Shown piece by piece: positions 11,680 through 21,483 of a stretch of 64,000 nt of DNA. The notes below the pieces were generated by a model. The model saw only the letters and a program-made list of their open reading frames with translations, was not told where the DNA came from and ran no database searches. Position 1 is the stretch's first letter. Each line of letters opens with the position of its first letter. A program made the translations under genes and the position numbers. The DNA is from an uncultured cyanobacterium (GTDB taxonomy: Bacteria > Cyanobacteriota > Cyanobacteriia > Phormidesmidales > Phormidesmidaceae): NCBI GenBank assembly GCA_963793265.1, contig CAWBZI010000006.1, positions 1 through 64,000 of the forward strand. Direction: 5' to 3'.

Positions 11680-11877
11680 TCAAGCTGCTGTGGATAGCTG
11701 AGACACTGCCTTTTCTGAGAGAAAACGGCGAAAGTGCAAGATTTCTATAATCAGCAGCTTATCATCTTCAGAATAGTGAAGAATAGCCCCGCCATCATCT
11801 TCAGCGTATGCAATGTCTCCTTCTGATAGCTCAATTAATAGAGCATCTACGTCTTCGCTATAGCTAATTTTTTTCAT
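11680..11877 (-). CDS. DUF2283-family protein (putative antitoxin-like)
   Basis: MKKISYSEDVDALLIELS...ILHYSEDDKLLIIEIL pattern. Confidence 0.75.
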   Translation of the reverse strand: MKKISYSEDVDALLIELSEGDIAYAEDDGGAILHYSEDDKLLIIEILHFRRFLSEKAVSQLSTAA

Positions 11878-11920
11878 ATCTTGATCGCTTTCCTACATGT
11901 AGAGTAATGTCGATTAGGGT
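11864..11920 (-). pseudogene. 3' relic of DUF4258-like partner gene
   Basis: ...ITLHVGKRSRYEKN* overlaps the DUF2283 start; no upstream start codon. Confidence 0.4.
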
Positions 11921-11935
11921 CTAATACCTAATCTG

Positions 11936-13972
11936 CTAGAGTAGCGCTTCTATCTGGCGAGCTAGTATCTGCTTTAGCGTTAGAGTAAACTTCACGGTTA
12001 GATGATTATCATCTCTATAAACAACCATATCGCCTCGCTGTAAATCGCAATCATCCTCGCGACAAATATACAGCGTCATATTAACAACAGAAACATTGTC
12101 GTATCGATTGGCGATGGTCTTCTGTGCTGCATAGGCAACTTGCTCTGGCACCGGATCGCCTGATAGTTCACAGGTGCTTTGTAGCGCCGCGTGATCCTTT
12201 CGCCACTGGTTGCGAGCCAAACATGTCGGCACATCAAAGCCCGGATCTGGCGTGTCTCGAAGGATAATTATTTGCTTACTAGCCTGACTCAGCGCGGCAA
12301 TCGTGCGCTCTGTTCCTTCAAGCCAGTCATTGCGGCTAAACGGATATACCTTTTTTTGAGTAGACGCGGACACAATAACAAGATCGGGTTTAGCCTGTTG
12401 AATGTAGTCTGTAGCCTTCTCTCGCCAGGTCATACAAGTTTTGTAAGTGCCGATCTCAGGGCGGTAGGTCAAAATATCGACGTAGGAACAGGCGGCTTTG
12501 GTCATAGCGGTAAAGTGCCATTCTTTTTCACGCGCAATTTGAGCGATCGCGTCATACCACTGAGCCGCATGGCTATCTCCTAACAGCACCACACTCAGCC
12601 CGTCACTAGCCCCAGCAGTCGTACAGTCTTCAATATTAGGAGACTCTGAAAACAAACCCGTATGACAGTCAGTGCCATACACCGAGGCATTGTCATCTCT
12701 AACAGCAGTGTACAAAGCTTGCTCAGGCTGCTGCGACCATTCAATGGCAGCGGCTGTCCATTGAGAAGAGAGAAGCGTACCTGAGATAGCAAAGAGGAAG
12801 GCGATCGCAACTGAAAAAGCCGGTTTTCTTCCCAAAAGACGACTGCGGCGAACGGGATTTTCGATAAATCGGTATGAGGCGACGGCAGGCAAAAGCGACA
12901 AAATCACCAAACCGACTCTCATAGCCAAAGGCACCTGATTACTCAACGTGCTCGCAAACACAAGCACGGGCCAGTGCCAAAGATACCAGGAATAAGAGAT
13001 TTGACCAATTCTTTGAAACACGCACGTATTAAGCGCCTTCGCTATTTGAGTGCCCTCCGTACTACAGGATCTCAGCACGAGAACAGTTGACAGAGACGGT
13101 AACAAAACTGCAAGTCCAGGAAAGCGCGTTGTTTCATTAAAACAAACTGTTGCAATTAATATGCCAGCAATCCCTAACCCTCCCAAGACTTCTCGATAAG
13201 GCGCAAACGTTTTTCGGAGTGGAACTATCAGCGCTAGGGCTCCAATCAAAAACTCCCATGCTCTCGCGTGAGCCAGAAAAAACGCAGACGACTGACGAAC
13301 ATCTGTAAGATAAAGAGACGCTGAAAACGAGATCGCTGTAGTGAAAATTAGCCACAGTAGAATACGCCGATAGCTAAGAACCTGCTTTGTTTTAACCGCT
13401 TTCTTTTTGAACAGAACGCCGCACGCCAGCATCACAAACAGCGGCCACACAAAATAGAACTGTTCTTCAACGCTCAAAGACCACGTGTGCAGCAGCGGGT
13501 TCGTTTTGATGTCTGCGCCCAAATAATCAACAGCGGCCTGCGCGACATAAATGTTACTTCGGTATGTCGCAGTTGCGAACGCTGTTTTTGCCAGGTCAAG
13601 CTGTTCAAAAGGCGCATACAAAACCGCGCTAATCGCAGCAGTAATCACTATCATCACCGCCGAGGCAGGCAGCAGGCGCTTAGCCCGACGCGCGTAGAAC
13701 CGCATCAGATCGATTGTGCCAGTGGTTTCTACTTCGCTAATCATGAGCCAGGCAATCAGGTAGCCGGAAATCACTAGGAAGATGTCAACGCCAATGTAGC
13801 CACCGCTAAAGCCAGGGATACCGGCGTGATAGGCGACGACGAGAAGAATTGCGATCGCCCGCAGCCCCTCAATATCCGATCTAAAACGAGGCTTCGCAAC
13901 CAGCCTTTTATCAGCCAATGGCTTATCAACCGATAGCCCATCAGAAACGTAAGGCGATACGCCATCAACCAT
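11936..13972 (-). CDS. acyltransferase-3 + SGNH fusion (OafA/OatA-like O-acetyltransferase)
   Basis: FRSDIEGLRAIA, HTWSLSVEEQFY, GDSHA and DDNH motifs. Confidence 0.92.
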   Translation of the reverse strand: MVDGVSPYVSDGLSVDKPLADKRLVAKPRFRSDIEGLRAIAILLVVAYHAGIPGFSGGYIGVDIFLVISGYLIAWLMISEVETTGTIDLMRFYARRAKRLLPASAVMIVITAAISAVLYAPFEQLDLAKTAFATATYRSNIYVAQAAVDYLGADIKTNPLLHTWSLSVEEQFYFVWPLFVMLACGVLFKKKAVKTKQVLSYRRILLWLIFTTAISFSASLYLTDVRQSSAFFLAHARAWEFLIGALALIVPLRKTFAPYREVLGGLGIAGILIATVCFNETTRFPGLAVLLPSLSTVLVLRSCSTEGTQIAKALNTCVFQRIGQISYSWYLWHWPVLVFASTLSNQVPLAMRVGLVILSLLPAVASYRFIENPVRRSRLLGRKPAFSVAIAFLFAISGTLLSSQWTAAAIEWSQQPEQALYTAVRDDNASVYGTDCHTGLFSESPNIEDCTTAGASDGLSVVLLGDSHAAQWYDAIAQIAREKEWHFTAMTKAACSYVDILTYRPEIGTYKTCMTWREKATDYIQQAKPDLVIVSASTQKKVYPFSRNDWLEGTERTIAALSQASKQIIILRDTPDPGFDVPTCLARNQWRKDHAALQSTCELSGDPVPEQVAYAAQKTIANRYDNVSVVNMTLYICREDDCDLQRGDMVVYRDDNHLTVKFTLTLKQILARQIEALL

Positions 13973-14202
13973 TGAGTTAAACCTATCTTCTCGCTCAAGC
14001 CGATCCAGACTAGCGCATCGCCTGCCAACCGTCGCATAGCAATAGCGTCAAATTCAAATTGTAATTCGTACAAACTATCGCTGAATTCGTCTTTTTTCGT
14101 ATAGTTAGTATTTTAATTTATACTTAAGTTAAACAGTAAGAACACTTATAGCTAAACCGGTTTACCACCAGGCAAACGTCCAAGCTAAAAGAAGCGATCG
14201 CT

Positions 14203-15450
14203 ATGAGAAAGTGGAAAACAACGGCCGTAATAGCCAGCATCAACCTGCTGATTACAGGCGTTCTCCTTGAAGGCGCTCTCAGGCTTTTCCCCTCCACTAT
14301 TCCAGCGAACTTATTAGTCCACTTCGAGCCTAAACTGCGCAGCAAAATAGCCGCTGGTCGCTTCCCCACCGCCGAAGACGCCGTAGCCTTTGAGCGAGAC
14401 GATGGCGGCGCGCCCTTCCCTATCTGGAAGCCCTTTGCCGAAATCAGCTACAGCTTTAGCGATCCAGGCACCGTCAACACAGTAGCTATGGACGAAAACG
14501 GCTTTTGCAACGCGCCTGAGCTATACAGCCGACAGCCAAATTTTGATGTTGTCGCTATCGGTGACTCGTTTACATGGTGCACAACCGTTCATCCTCAAGA
14601 CACCTGGGTCGCACAGCTTTCTAAAACAGCCGATATTCCTGCTTACAACTTAGGCAAACCTGCTATCGGGCCATACGAATATTTACAGCTACTCAAGCGC
14701 TTTGGTCTACAAAAGTCTCCTAAAACAGTCGTAATGAGCCTGTATGAAGGCAACGACCTGCGCGACGCGCTAAAGTACGCCAGCTATCGTCAGTCAGGCA
14801 CGGCTGAGCAGCAGATTGCGCAAGAAGTCAGCGCTGAAGAGAGACTTTTTGGCCCGCTTAGCCAGTACAGCTATGCGCTGAATTTATTAGCGTCAGTTGC
14901 CATCAGCAATCAGCCAGATGAAAAGACAGCAGAGACTTACTCAGAAGGCTATTCAGAAGAGGGGGAAAACTTTCGCTACACCCTCGCCTTTGAGTCAGGC
15001 GAAGTTCCTTTTAATTTGGAGAACGGCGATCTTGATGAAGTGGTGCACGCCAAGCTTCTTCAAGACAAAAGAGTTGATCTAAACGTTTTTTCTGATGCGC
15101 TTAGCCAGTTTGCTCGACTTGCCAAAGCAGAAGGCTTTCAGCCCATATTGATGTACACACCTTCTGCTTACACGGCCTACGCTGATGTAGTGGAATTCGA
15201 GCAGCCTGAACTCAATAAAATCATGCCCGCTTACAGCCAGCAGCAAAGAGACTTTTTCAAACAGCAGGCCGACCAACTAGGCGTAGTGTTCATCGATCTT
15301 ACGCCCTTTTTTCAAGCGGCTGCGCCTGACTACACCACCCCTGAAAAGCTGCTGTATTATCAAACCAATCGGCATCTTACAAAGTACGGTCATGAGCTTG
15401 TCGCTGATGTGCTAAACGACGAAATTACGAACGCGATCGCAAAAGAGTAG
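14203..15450 (+). CDS. exported SGNH/GDSL-family protein (AlgJ/DltD-like)
   Basis: N-terminal TM anchor; AIGDSFT and YEGND; C-terminal QTNRHL..GH. Confidence 0.78.
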   Translation: MRKWKTTAVIASINLLITGVLLEGALRLFPSTIPANLLVHFEPKLRSKIAAGRFPTAEDAVAFERDDGGAPFPIWKPFAEISYSFSDPGTVNTVAMDENGFCNAPELYSRQPNFDVVAIGDSFTWCTTVHPQDTWVAQLSKTADIPAYNLGKPAIGPYEYLQLLKRFGLQKSPKTVVMSLYEGNDLRDALKYASYRQSGTAEQQIAQEVSAEERLFGPLSQYSYALNLLASVAISNQPDEKTAETYSEGYSEEGENFRYTLAFESGEVPFNLENGDLDEVVHAKLLQDKRVDLNVFSDALSQFARLAKAEGFQPILMYTPSAYTAYADVVEFEQPELNKIMPAYSQQQRDFFKQQADQLGVVFIDLTPFFQAAAPDYTTPEKLLYYQTNRHLTKYGHELVADVLNDEITNAIAKE

Positions 15451-15478
15451 TCCTCTCTCAATATTCCACACACCCGCA

Positions 15479-17314
15479 ATGAACATCCTTGGCATATCAG
15501 CTTACTTTCACGACAGCGCCGCCGCCCTCATTAGCGACGGCCATATTATTGCGGCTGCCCAAGAAGAGAGATTCTCGCGCAAAAAGCACGACGAGCGGTT
15601 TCCCAAAGGGGCGATCGCCTACTGCCTCAGCGCCGCTGGACTTACCCTCTGCGAGCTAGACGCCATCGTTTTCTACGAAAAACCGCTCATCACCTTCGAG
15701 CGCCTGCTAGAAACCTATCTCTCCTACGCCCCACGCGGCTTTAGCTCATTCGTCACCGCCATGTCCGCCTGGCTGCAAGAAAAGCTCTACCTCAAAACCC
15801 TCCTCAAAAAAGATCTTGCCAAACTCGCAGGCTGCACCCTCAAAGATCTCCCACCCCTACGCTTCTCAGAGCACCACCAGTCCCACGCCGCCTCGGCTTT
15901 CTTCCCCAGCCCCTACCCCAAAGCCGCCGTTCTCTGCTTAGATGCCGTTGGTGAATGGGCCACCACTTCCCTCTGGCTAGGCGAAGGCAACCAGCTTACC
16001 CAGCAGTGGGAAATCAACTTCCCCCACTCTCTTGGCCTGCTTTATTCCGCTTTCACCTACTACACCGGCTTCAAAGTCAACTCCGGCGAATACAAGCTTA
16101 TGGGCCTAGCTCCCTACGGCCAACCCAAGTACGCTCAGCTCATATTAGACAACCTGCTAGATCTCAAAGCTGACGGCACTTTTAAGTTGGATATGCGGTA
16201 CTTCAACTACGCTGCGGGCTTAACCATGACCAGCCCTACGTTTCATGAGCTGTTTGGTGGAAAGCCGCGATCGCCCGAAAGCAAGATCACCCAAAAAGAG
16301 ATGGATCTAGCCGCCTCCATTCAGCAGGTTACCGAAGAAGTTGTGCTACGGCTGGCCCAAACAGCCCATGATGAACTGGGCGTCGAGGCCCTGTGCTTGG
16401 CAGGCGGCGTGGCGCTTAACTGCGTCTCGAACGGGCGGCTGTTACGAGAAGGGCCCTTTAAGGAAATTTGGGTGCAGCCTGCAGCGGGCGATGCGGGCGG
16501 CGCGGTGGGCGCGGCTTTGGCACTGTGGCATCAGCACCATCAGGCAGTGCGATCGCCCCAAACCCCCGACAGCATGAGCGGCGCTTACTTAGGCCCACAC
16601 TTCACCAACGAATCGGTCACCGAAAGTCTCTCCCACCTGCAAGCACCCTACGAACAGCTACCTGATGAAAAGCTGCTGCCCAGGCTCTCTGAGATTTTAG
16701 CAGCGGGCAATGTCGTGGGCTGGTTTCAAGGGCGCATGGAATTTGGCCCAAGAGCTTTAGGCAATCGCTCAATTATTGGCGATCCGCGCAATCCTAAAAT
16801 GCAGTCAGTGATGAATCTAAAAATCAAATACCGGGAGTCTTTTAGGCCATTTGCGCCTTCAGTACTCGCAGAGAAAGCGTCTGACTATTTTGAGCTAGGA
16901 CACAGCAGTCCTTATATGACGTTGGTTGCAGGCGTTCAGGAAGAATTGCGATCGCCCCATCAAGGCCAAGAAAATCTCTTCGGCATCGACAAACTCAAAG
17001 TCCCCCATTCCAAAATCCCCGCCGTCACCCACGTCAACTATTCCGCTCGCATTCAAACCGTACACAAAGACACAAACCCCCGCTATCACGAGCTAATTCG
17101 TCAGTTTGAAGAAAAAACAGGTTGCGCAGTCCTCGTCAATACCTCTTTTAATGTCAGAGGAGAGCCGATTGTGTGCACGCCCGAAGACGCCTATCGATGC
17201 TTTATGAGAACGGAGATGGATTACTTAGTGATTGAAAATTGCTTATTGAAAAAAGAAGAACAGCCTAAGCAAGAGAATAATAGCAGTTGGCAGCAGGAGT
17301 TTGAACTAGATTGA
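15479..17314 (+). CDS. O-carbamoyltransferase (NodU/CmcH, SxtI-like)
   Basis: ILGISAYFHDSAA, EHHQSHAAS, GEYKLMGLA, GPRALGNRS and NTSFNVRGEP motifs. Confidence 0.93.
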   Translation: MNILGISAYFHDSAAALISDGHIIAAAQEERFSRKKHDERFPKGAIAYCLSAAGLTLCELDAIVFYEKPLITFERLLETYLSYAPRGFSSFVTAMSAWLQEKLYLKTLLKKDLAKLAGCTLKDLPPLRFSEHHQSHAASAFFPSPYPKAAVLCLDAVGEWATTSLWLGEGNQLTQQWEINFPHSLGLLYSAFTYYTGFKVNSGEYKLMGLAPYGQPKYAQLILDNLLDLKADGTFKLDMRYFNYAAGLTMTSPTFHELFGGKPRSPESKITQKEMDLAASIQQVTEEVVLRLAQTAHDELGVEALCLAGGVALNCVSNGRLLREGPFKEIWVQPAAGDAGGAVGAALALWHQHHQAVRSPQTPDSMSGAYLGPHFTNESVTESLSHLQAPYEQLPDEKLLPRLSEILAAGNVVGWFQGRMEFGPRALGNRSIIGDPRNPKMQSVMNLKIKYRESFRPFAPSVLAEKASDYFELGHSSPYMTLVAGVQEELRSPHQGQENLFGIDKLKVPHSKIPAVTHVNYSARIQTVHKDTNPRYHELIRQFEEKTGCAVLVNTSFNVRGEPIVCTPEDAYRCFMRTEMDYLVIENCLLKKEEQPKQENNSSWQQEFELD

Positions 17315-17733
17315 TGACATCCATAAATTTCTCTCAGATTCCTTCCCTAGACAAGCAAGGCTTGCGAAAATTCGGTCTCACAACCGGCATTATATTTGCG
17401 ACCCTATTCGGCTTCATACTGCCTTGGATATGGCGATCAGAACCGCATCAATGGCCTGTCGTAGCGGGTGCAATTCTGTGCAGTTTGGCTTTAATCGCAC
17501 CGCGATCGCTCGCCCCTTTTTACCAGCTCTGGATGCGCATAGCCCTTATACTCGGCTGGCTCAACAGCCGCATTGTCTTAGGCATTGTTTTTGCCCTCGT
17601 CGTTACCCCCATGGCAATAATCATGAAGCTTCTCGGCAAAGACCCCATGCAGCGCCAGTTAGACAGAGAAGCAACAAGTTATCGCATCGTCAGCAAACCG
17701 CCCACAGCCGACAACATGACGACACCTTATTAA
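17311..17733 (+). CDS. SxtJ-family membrane protein
   Basis: LRKFGL...WMRIALILGWLNSRIVL...DPMQR pattern; coupled to the carbamoyltransferase stop. Confidence 0.82.
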   Translation: MMTSINFSQIPSLDKQGLRKFGLTTGIIFATLFGFILPWIWRSEPHQWPVVAGAILCSLALIAPRSLAPFYQLWMRIALILGWLNSRIVLGIVFALVVTPMAIIMKLLGKDPMQRQLDREATSYRIVSKPPTADNMTTPY

Positions 17734-17768
17734 CTCATTGATCCTATTCCCCCAAAGAGAAAACCAAA

Positions 17769-17933
17769 ATGCTACAAGCTTTCTTCGACTCACTACAAGA
17801 CTTCTGGGGCTTCATTAACAAGCGTAAAAAGTATTGGTTAGTGCCGCTTATCGTTACGCTAGTCGCGATGGGCGCGCTGATTTTCTTTTCTCAAGGGAGT
17901 GCGATCGCCCCCTTCATCTACACGCTCTTCTAG
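17769..17933 (+). CDS. SxtK/DUF5989-like small membrane protein (missing from ORF track)
   Basis: MLQAFFDSLQDFWGFINKRKKYWLVPLIVTLVAMGALIFFSQGSAIAPFIYTLF*, 54 aa. Confidence 0.88.
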   Translation: MLQAFFDSLQDFWGFINKRKKYWLVPLIVTLVAMGALIFFSQGSAIAPFIYTLF

Positions 17934-18134
17934 ACCCAAAGAAGGCTATTCAGCTTGGATATCATACAGAGCACACGTCCTTAAACACGGCGTCAGCAAA
18001 TACCGCCTTGACTGCCGTCCCCGTGATAGGTTATTACCTGCAATATTCAGCGCGTATGTGTGAAATTACACCCTTTTTATGCCTGCCGCTCAATTTATGC
18101 ACTTGAATTAACTATTGTTGTGAGGAGTCCGCAC

Positions 18135-18611
18135 ATGTTCACTGGTTTTAGGCATCGGCTGCTAGGCTTAGCCGGATTGACATTAGGTGGACTAGCGATC
18201 GCCTTTTCACTACAGGCTCCCGCCCAGGCTCAAGCCGCCTACGGTAGCTACATCGGCATCGGCCCCGCCTTTGGCGACGGCAACATCGCAGTCGCCATCA
18301 ACGGTCGCTACAACATCCTTGAGCTACCCATATCCATCCGCGGCGCGGCTTTTTTGGGCGAAGGCTCAGCCTTTGTCCCCACCGTCTCCTACGACTTCCC
18401 GCTTAACTTCAACACCGAAATCTACGTCGGTGCGGGCGTCGTCTTTGCCAGCGACGGCTCTGTGATGGGCGACGGCACCTCCTTTGTCGTGCAGCCCGGC
18501 GTTGACTACACCCTCAGCGACAGCAACCTCGTCTTTTATGGCAATGCCATCGTCCCCATCGGCGGCGACACCAACACAGCTGTTCAGGGCGGCGTCGGTA
18601 TCCAGTTCTAA
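18135..18611 (+). CDS. small outer-membrane beta-barrel-like protein
   Basis: GAGGAG RBS, signal peptide (AQAQA), amphipathic strands, C-terminal Phe. Confidence 0.72.
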   Translation: MFTGFRHRLLGLAGLTLGGLAIAFSLQAPAQAQAAYGSYIGIGPAFGDGNIAVAINGRYNILELPISIRGAAFLGEGSAFVPTVSYDFPLNFNTEIYVGAGVVFASDGSVMGDGTSFVVQPGVDYTLSDSNLVFYGNAIVPIGGDTNTAVQGGVGIQF

Positions 18612-18713
18612 TATTGTTCTGGGGGCAGCCCCAATTACAGAACTCATGTACTAAACGGACGTTTTTCGCTACCATGAGCCCATTGCACACCCCTTAGGCA
18701 ACGGCTCAGAAGG

Positions 18714-20447
18714 TTGATCGTGAGAGAAATGCGTCCGTTAGGCTCAGTAATTCAGGGCTCTTTGAGCAAAGGGCTAGAAGTTCGGCTGCATCCTGATGTG
18801 CTCGTTGAAGAGATGCGAGTCGGTAAGTTTTTGGTCGTGCAGGGTGTGCGATCACGCTTCTTTTGCATGTTGACCGATGTTGCCTTAGGCACCGCCAGCC
18901 AGCGCATACTAGCGAGCCCGCCTGAACCCAGCAATATCTTTCTGCAAGAAGTCCTCGCAGGCTCAGGCACCTACGGCACCGTAGATCTCACGCCCATGCT
19001 CATGTTTACGCCCACAGAAGAAGGGCAAAACTTTGACCTTGCGGCCGCCAGAAAGTCGGAAAATTCTAAATCAAACGGCCTTGCCTCGTACGAAACCAAC
19101 TCCAGCGCCCCGCTTCAGCTTTTACCTGTCAAAACCATTCCAGGCCACTTCAGCCAGGTATACGACGCCGCCGAACGCGACTTTAGGGCCGTCTTCGGTT
19201 GGGAAGATGACATACATCGGCGCAACTTCGCCATCGGCCAGCCGATCGACATGGATGTGCCCATCTGTATCGACCTCGATCGATTTGTAGAACGCAGCAA
19301 CGGCATCTTCGGTAAATCAGGTACCGGCAAATCGTTCTTAACCCGGCTTATCCTCTCCGGCATCATCCGCAAGCAAGCCGCCGTAAACCTCATCTTTGAC
19401 ATGCACTCAGAGTATGGCTGGGAAGCCGTGAGCGAGGGTAAAGAATTTAGCACCGTAAAAGGGCTGCGACAGCTTTTCCCCGGACAGGTGCAGATTTTCA
19501 CACTCGACCCTGAAGCCACCAAACGCCGAGGCGTAATGGACGCGCAGGAGCTATACATCAGCTTCGATCAGATTGACGTAGAAGACTTGATGCTCATTAG
19601 CCGCGAGCTAAACCTATCCGAGGCAAGCTTAGAAAACGCGATTATTTTGCGCAATGAGTTTGGCAGCAGTTGGATTAACCGGCTGCTTCAGCTCAGCAAT
19701 GAGGAAATTCAAGAGTTCTGCGAAGTGAAGATGGGCAGCAAATCTTCAATCATGGCCCTACAGCGCAAGCTTACTCGCCTTGCTGAGCTTAAGTATATTC
19801 GCAGTAGCTGCCCTCACAACTATGTGAATCAAATTCTAGAAACCATTGATGCGGGCAAGCATGTGGTGATTGAATTCGGATCGCAGAGCAACATGCTCTC
19901 TTATATGCTCGCGACTAATGTGATTGCTCGGCGCATTCATGCAAGCTATGTGAGAAAGGCAGATAGGTTTTTGCAGAGTAAGAATCCGTGCGATCGCCCC
20001 CAGCCCCTTGTTATCACCATCGAAGAAGCTCACCGCTTCCTAGACCCGGCCACCGCGCGCCAAACCATCTTCGGCGTCATCGCCCGCGAGATGCGCAAAT
20101 ACTTCGTCACCCTGCTAGTGGTTGATCAGCGCCCCTCTGGTATTGACAACGAAGTGATGTCTCAAGTTGGAACCCGCATCACCGCACTGTTGAACGATGA
20201 AAAAGACATTGACGCCATTTTTACAGGCGTCTCAGGTGGGCAAAGCCTGCGTTCTGTTCTTTCTAAGCTAGATTCTAAACAGCAGGCATTGTTGTTGGGC
20301 CATGCGGTACCGATGCCGGTTGTTGTGAGAACGCGGCCTTATGATGAACAGTTCTATAAGGAGATTGGGGATACGGATTGGGAAACGATGCCGGATGCGG
20401 CGGTGTTTAAAGCGGCTGAGGGTGCGATCGCAGACTTAGGGTTCTAG
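18714..20447 (+). CDS. HerA/DUF87-family ATPase
   Basis: N-terminal HAS-barrel-like region; GKSGTGKS, FDMHSEY, IEEAHRF and DQRPS motifs. Confidence 0.88.
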   Translation: MIVREMRPLGSVIQGSLSKGLEVRLHPDVLVEEMRVGKFLVVQGVRSRFFCMLTDVALGTASQRILASPPEPSNIFLQEVLAGSGTYGTVDLTPMLMFTPTEEGQNFDLAAARKSENSKSNGLASYETNSSAPLQLLPVKTIPGHFSQVYDAAERDFRAVFGWEDDIHRRNFAIGQPIDMDVPICIDLDRFVERSNGIFGKSGTGKSFLTRLILSGIIRKQAAVNLIFDMHSEYGWEAVSEGKEFSTVKGLRQLFPGQVQIFTLDPEATKRRGVMDAQELYISFDQIDVEDLMLISRELNLSEASLENAIILRNEFGSSWINRLLQLSNEEIQEFCEVKMGSKSSIMALQRKLTRLAELKYIRSSCPHNYVNQILETIDAGKHVVIEFGSQSNMLSYMLATNVIARRIHASYVRKADRFLQSKNPCDRPQPLVITIEEAHRFLDPATARQTIFGVIAREMRKYFVTLLVVDQRPSGIDNEVMSQVGTRITALLNDEKDIDAIFTGVSGGQSLRSVLSKLDSKQQALLLGHAVPMPVVVRTRPYDEQFYKEIGDTDWETMPDAAVFKAAEGAIADLGF

Positions 20448-20714
20448 TACACATTCGTTTCAAGAGCTTGATAGGTTGGAAGAGAGCTAATCAACTTTGG
20501 TAGCAAACTTGCAAACTAAGCTTAATAGTTCACTATATTATTCAACCAGTGAGAAAGAATGGAAAATCTCAACATCGATATTCAATGCAGACAAATCTTA
20601 GGGGGTATTCTTGCACTGGAATATCTTTTGAAAGACCCTTTGGCGAAAGAGGCCCTTGCACTAAGTGACAACATAGAAACGAATTTAGTTTTTAAGAAAC
20701 AAAGGACATAAATC

Positions 20715-20963
20715 ATGACTGATAAAGAACTTCTGCAAAGAATATCTTCTAACCCGTCAGTACTAACAGGAAAGCCGGTTATAAAAGGTACGAGACTATC
20801 CGTCGATTTTATTCTTAATTTATTAGCGCATGGCTCAAGTCCTGATGAGATTATTGAAGAATACGAGGGGTTAACTACATACGATATTCAAGCTTGCCTT
20901 CTATTTGCCTCAAGAACCCTCTCAAGTGCTACATTCATGCCTTTGGCAGCAGAATCCGCATAG
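20715..20963 (+). CDS. DUF433-family antitoxin
   Basis: NPSVLTGKPVIKGTRLSV...DIQACL. Confidence 0.9.
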   Translation: MTDKELLQRISSNPSVLTGKPVIKGTRLSVDFILNLLAHGSSPDEIIEEYEGLTTYDIQACLLFASRTLSSATFMPLAAESA

Positions 20964-21320
20964 ATGAAATTTCTGATTGATGAATGTACGGGTTCTAGCG
21001 TCGCAAAATGGCTTCGTAAAGAAGGCTATGAGGTGTTTTCGGTATTCGATGAGTTGAGAGGAGCGAGTGATGACGAGATTTTGACAAAAGCCTACGTAGA
21101 AAACTGGATTCTCATCACAAACGATAAAGATTTTGGCGAGATGGTTTATCGAGAAAGGCGTCTTCACCAAGGCATCGTTTTTCTACGTCTAAATAGTCAA
21201 AGGGCTACCTTGAAAATCGATGCTCTCAATCGATTGCTCGCTGTGTACAAGAAAGACGTAGCTAACAATTTTGTCGTTGTCACAGAAACACAAGTACGTT
21301 TTACAAAGTCAGGACAGTAA
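20964..21320 (+). CDS. DUF5615 PIN-like toxin
   Basis: MKFLIDEC, SDDEIL and LITNDKDFG motifs; abuts DUF433. Confidence 0.88.
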   Translation: MKFLIDECTGSSVAKWLRKEGYEVFSVFDELRGASDDEILTKAYVENWILITNDKDFGEMVYRERRLHQGIVFLRLNSQRATLKIDALNRLLAVYKKDVANNFVVVTETQVRFTKSGQ

Positions 21321-21483
21321 AAGGCACCTGTCCTAACCCCACCTTCACGTTTGTGATTTTCGTGAATATTGATGTCTTAAGTAGTTGCCTATACATAGGC
21401 GAGCCTGTATCGTATCCCACCAGGGGTACATCTTTAGATATGCGTTCAAATATTGCTAATCGCTTACGTAGGACTTATAAACC

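Noticed and set aside
15479..17933. Saxitoxin gene cluster
   Set aside because: Only sxtI/J/K-like genes are present. No sxtA, sxtG or other core genes lie in the window, and the context is glycan modification.
18714..20447. HerA-based antiphage system (Sir2-HerA, NurA-HerA)
   Set aside because: No adjacent nuclease or sirtuin partner; host-like HIP1 content suggests a resident gene.
20559..20711. 50-aa ORF MENLNIDIQC... before DUF433
   Set aside because: No recognisable motif; may be a chance ORF or a fragment.
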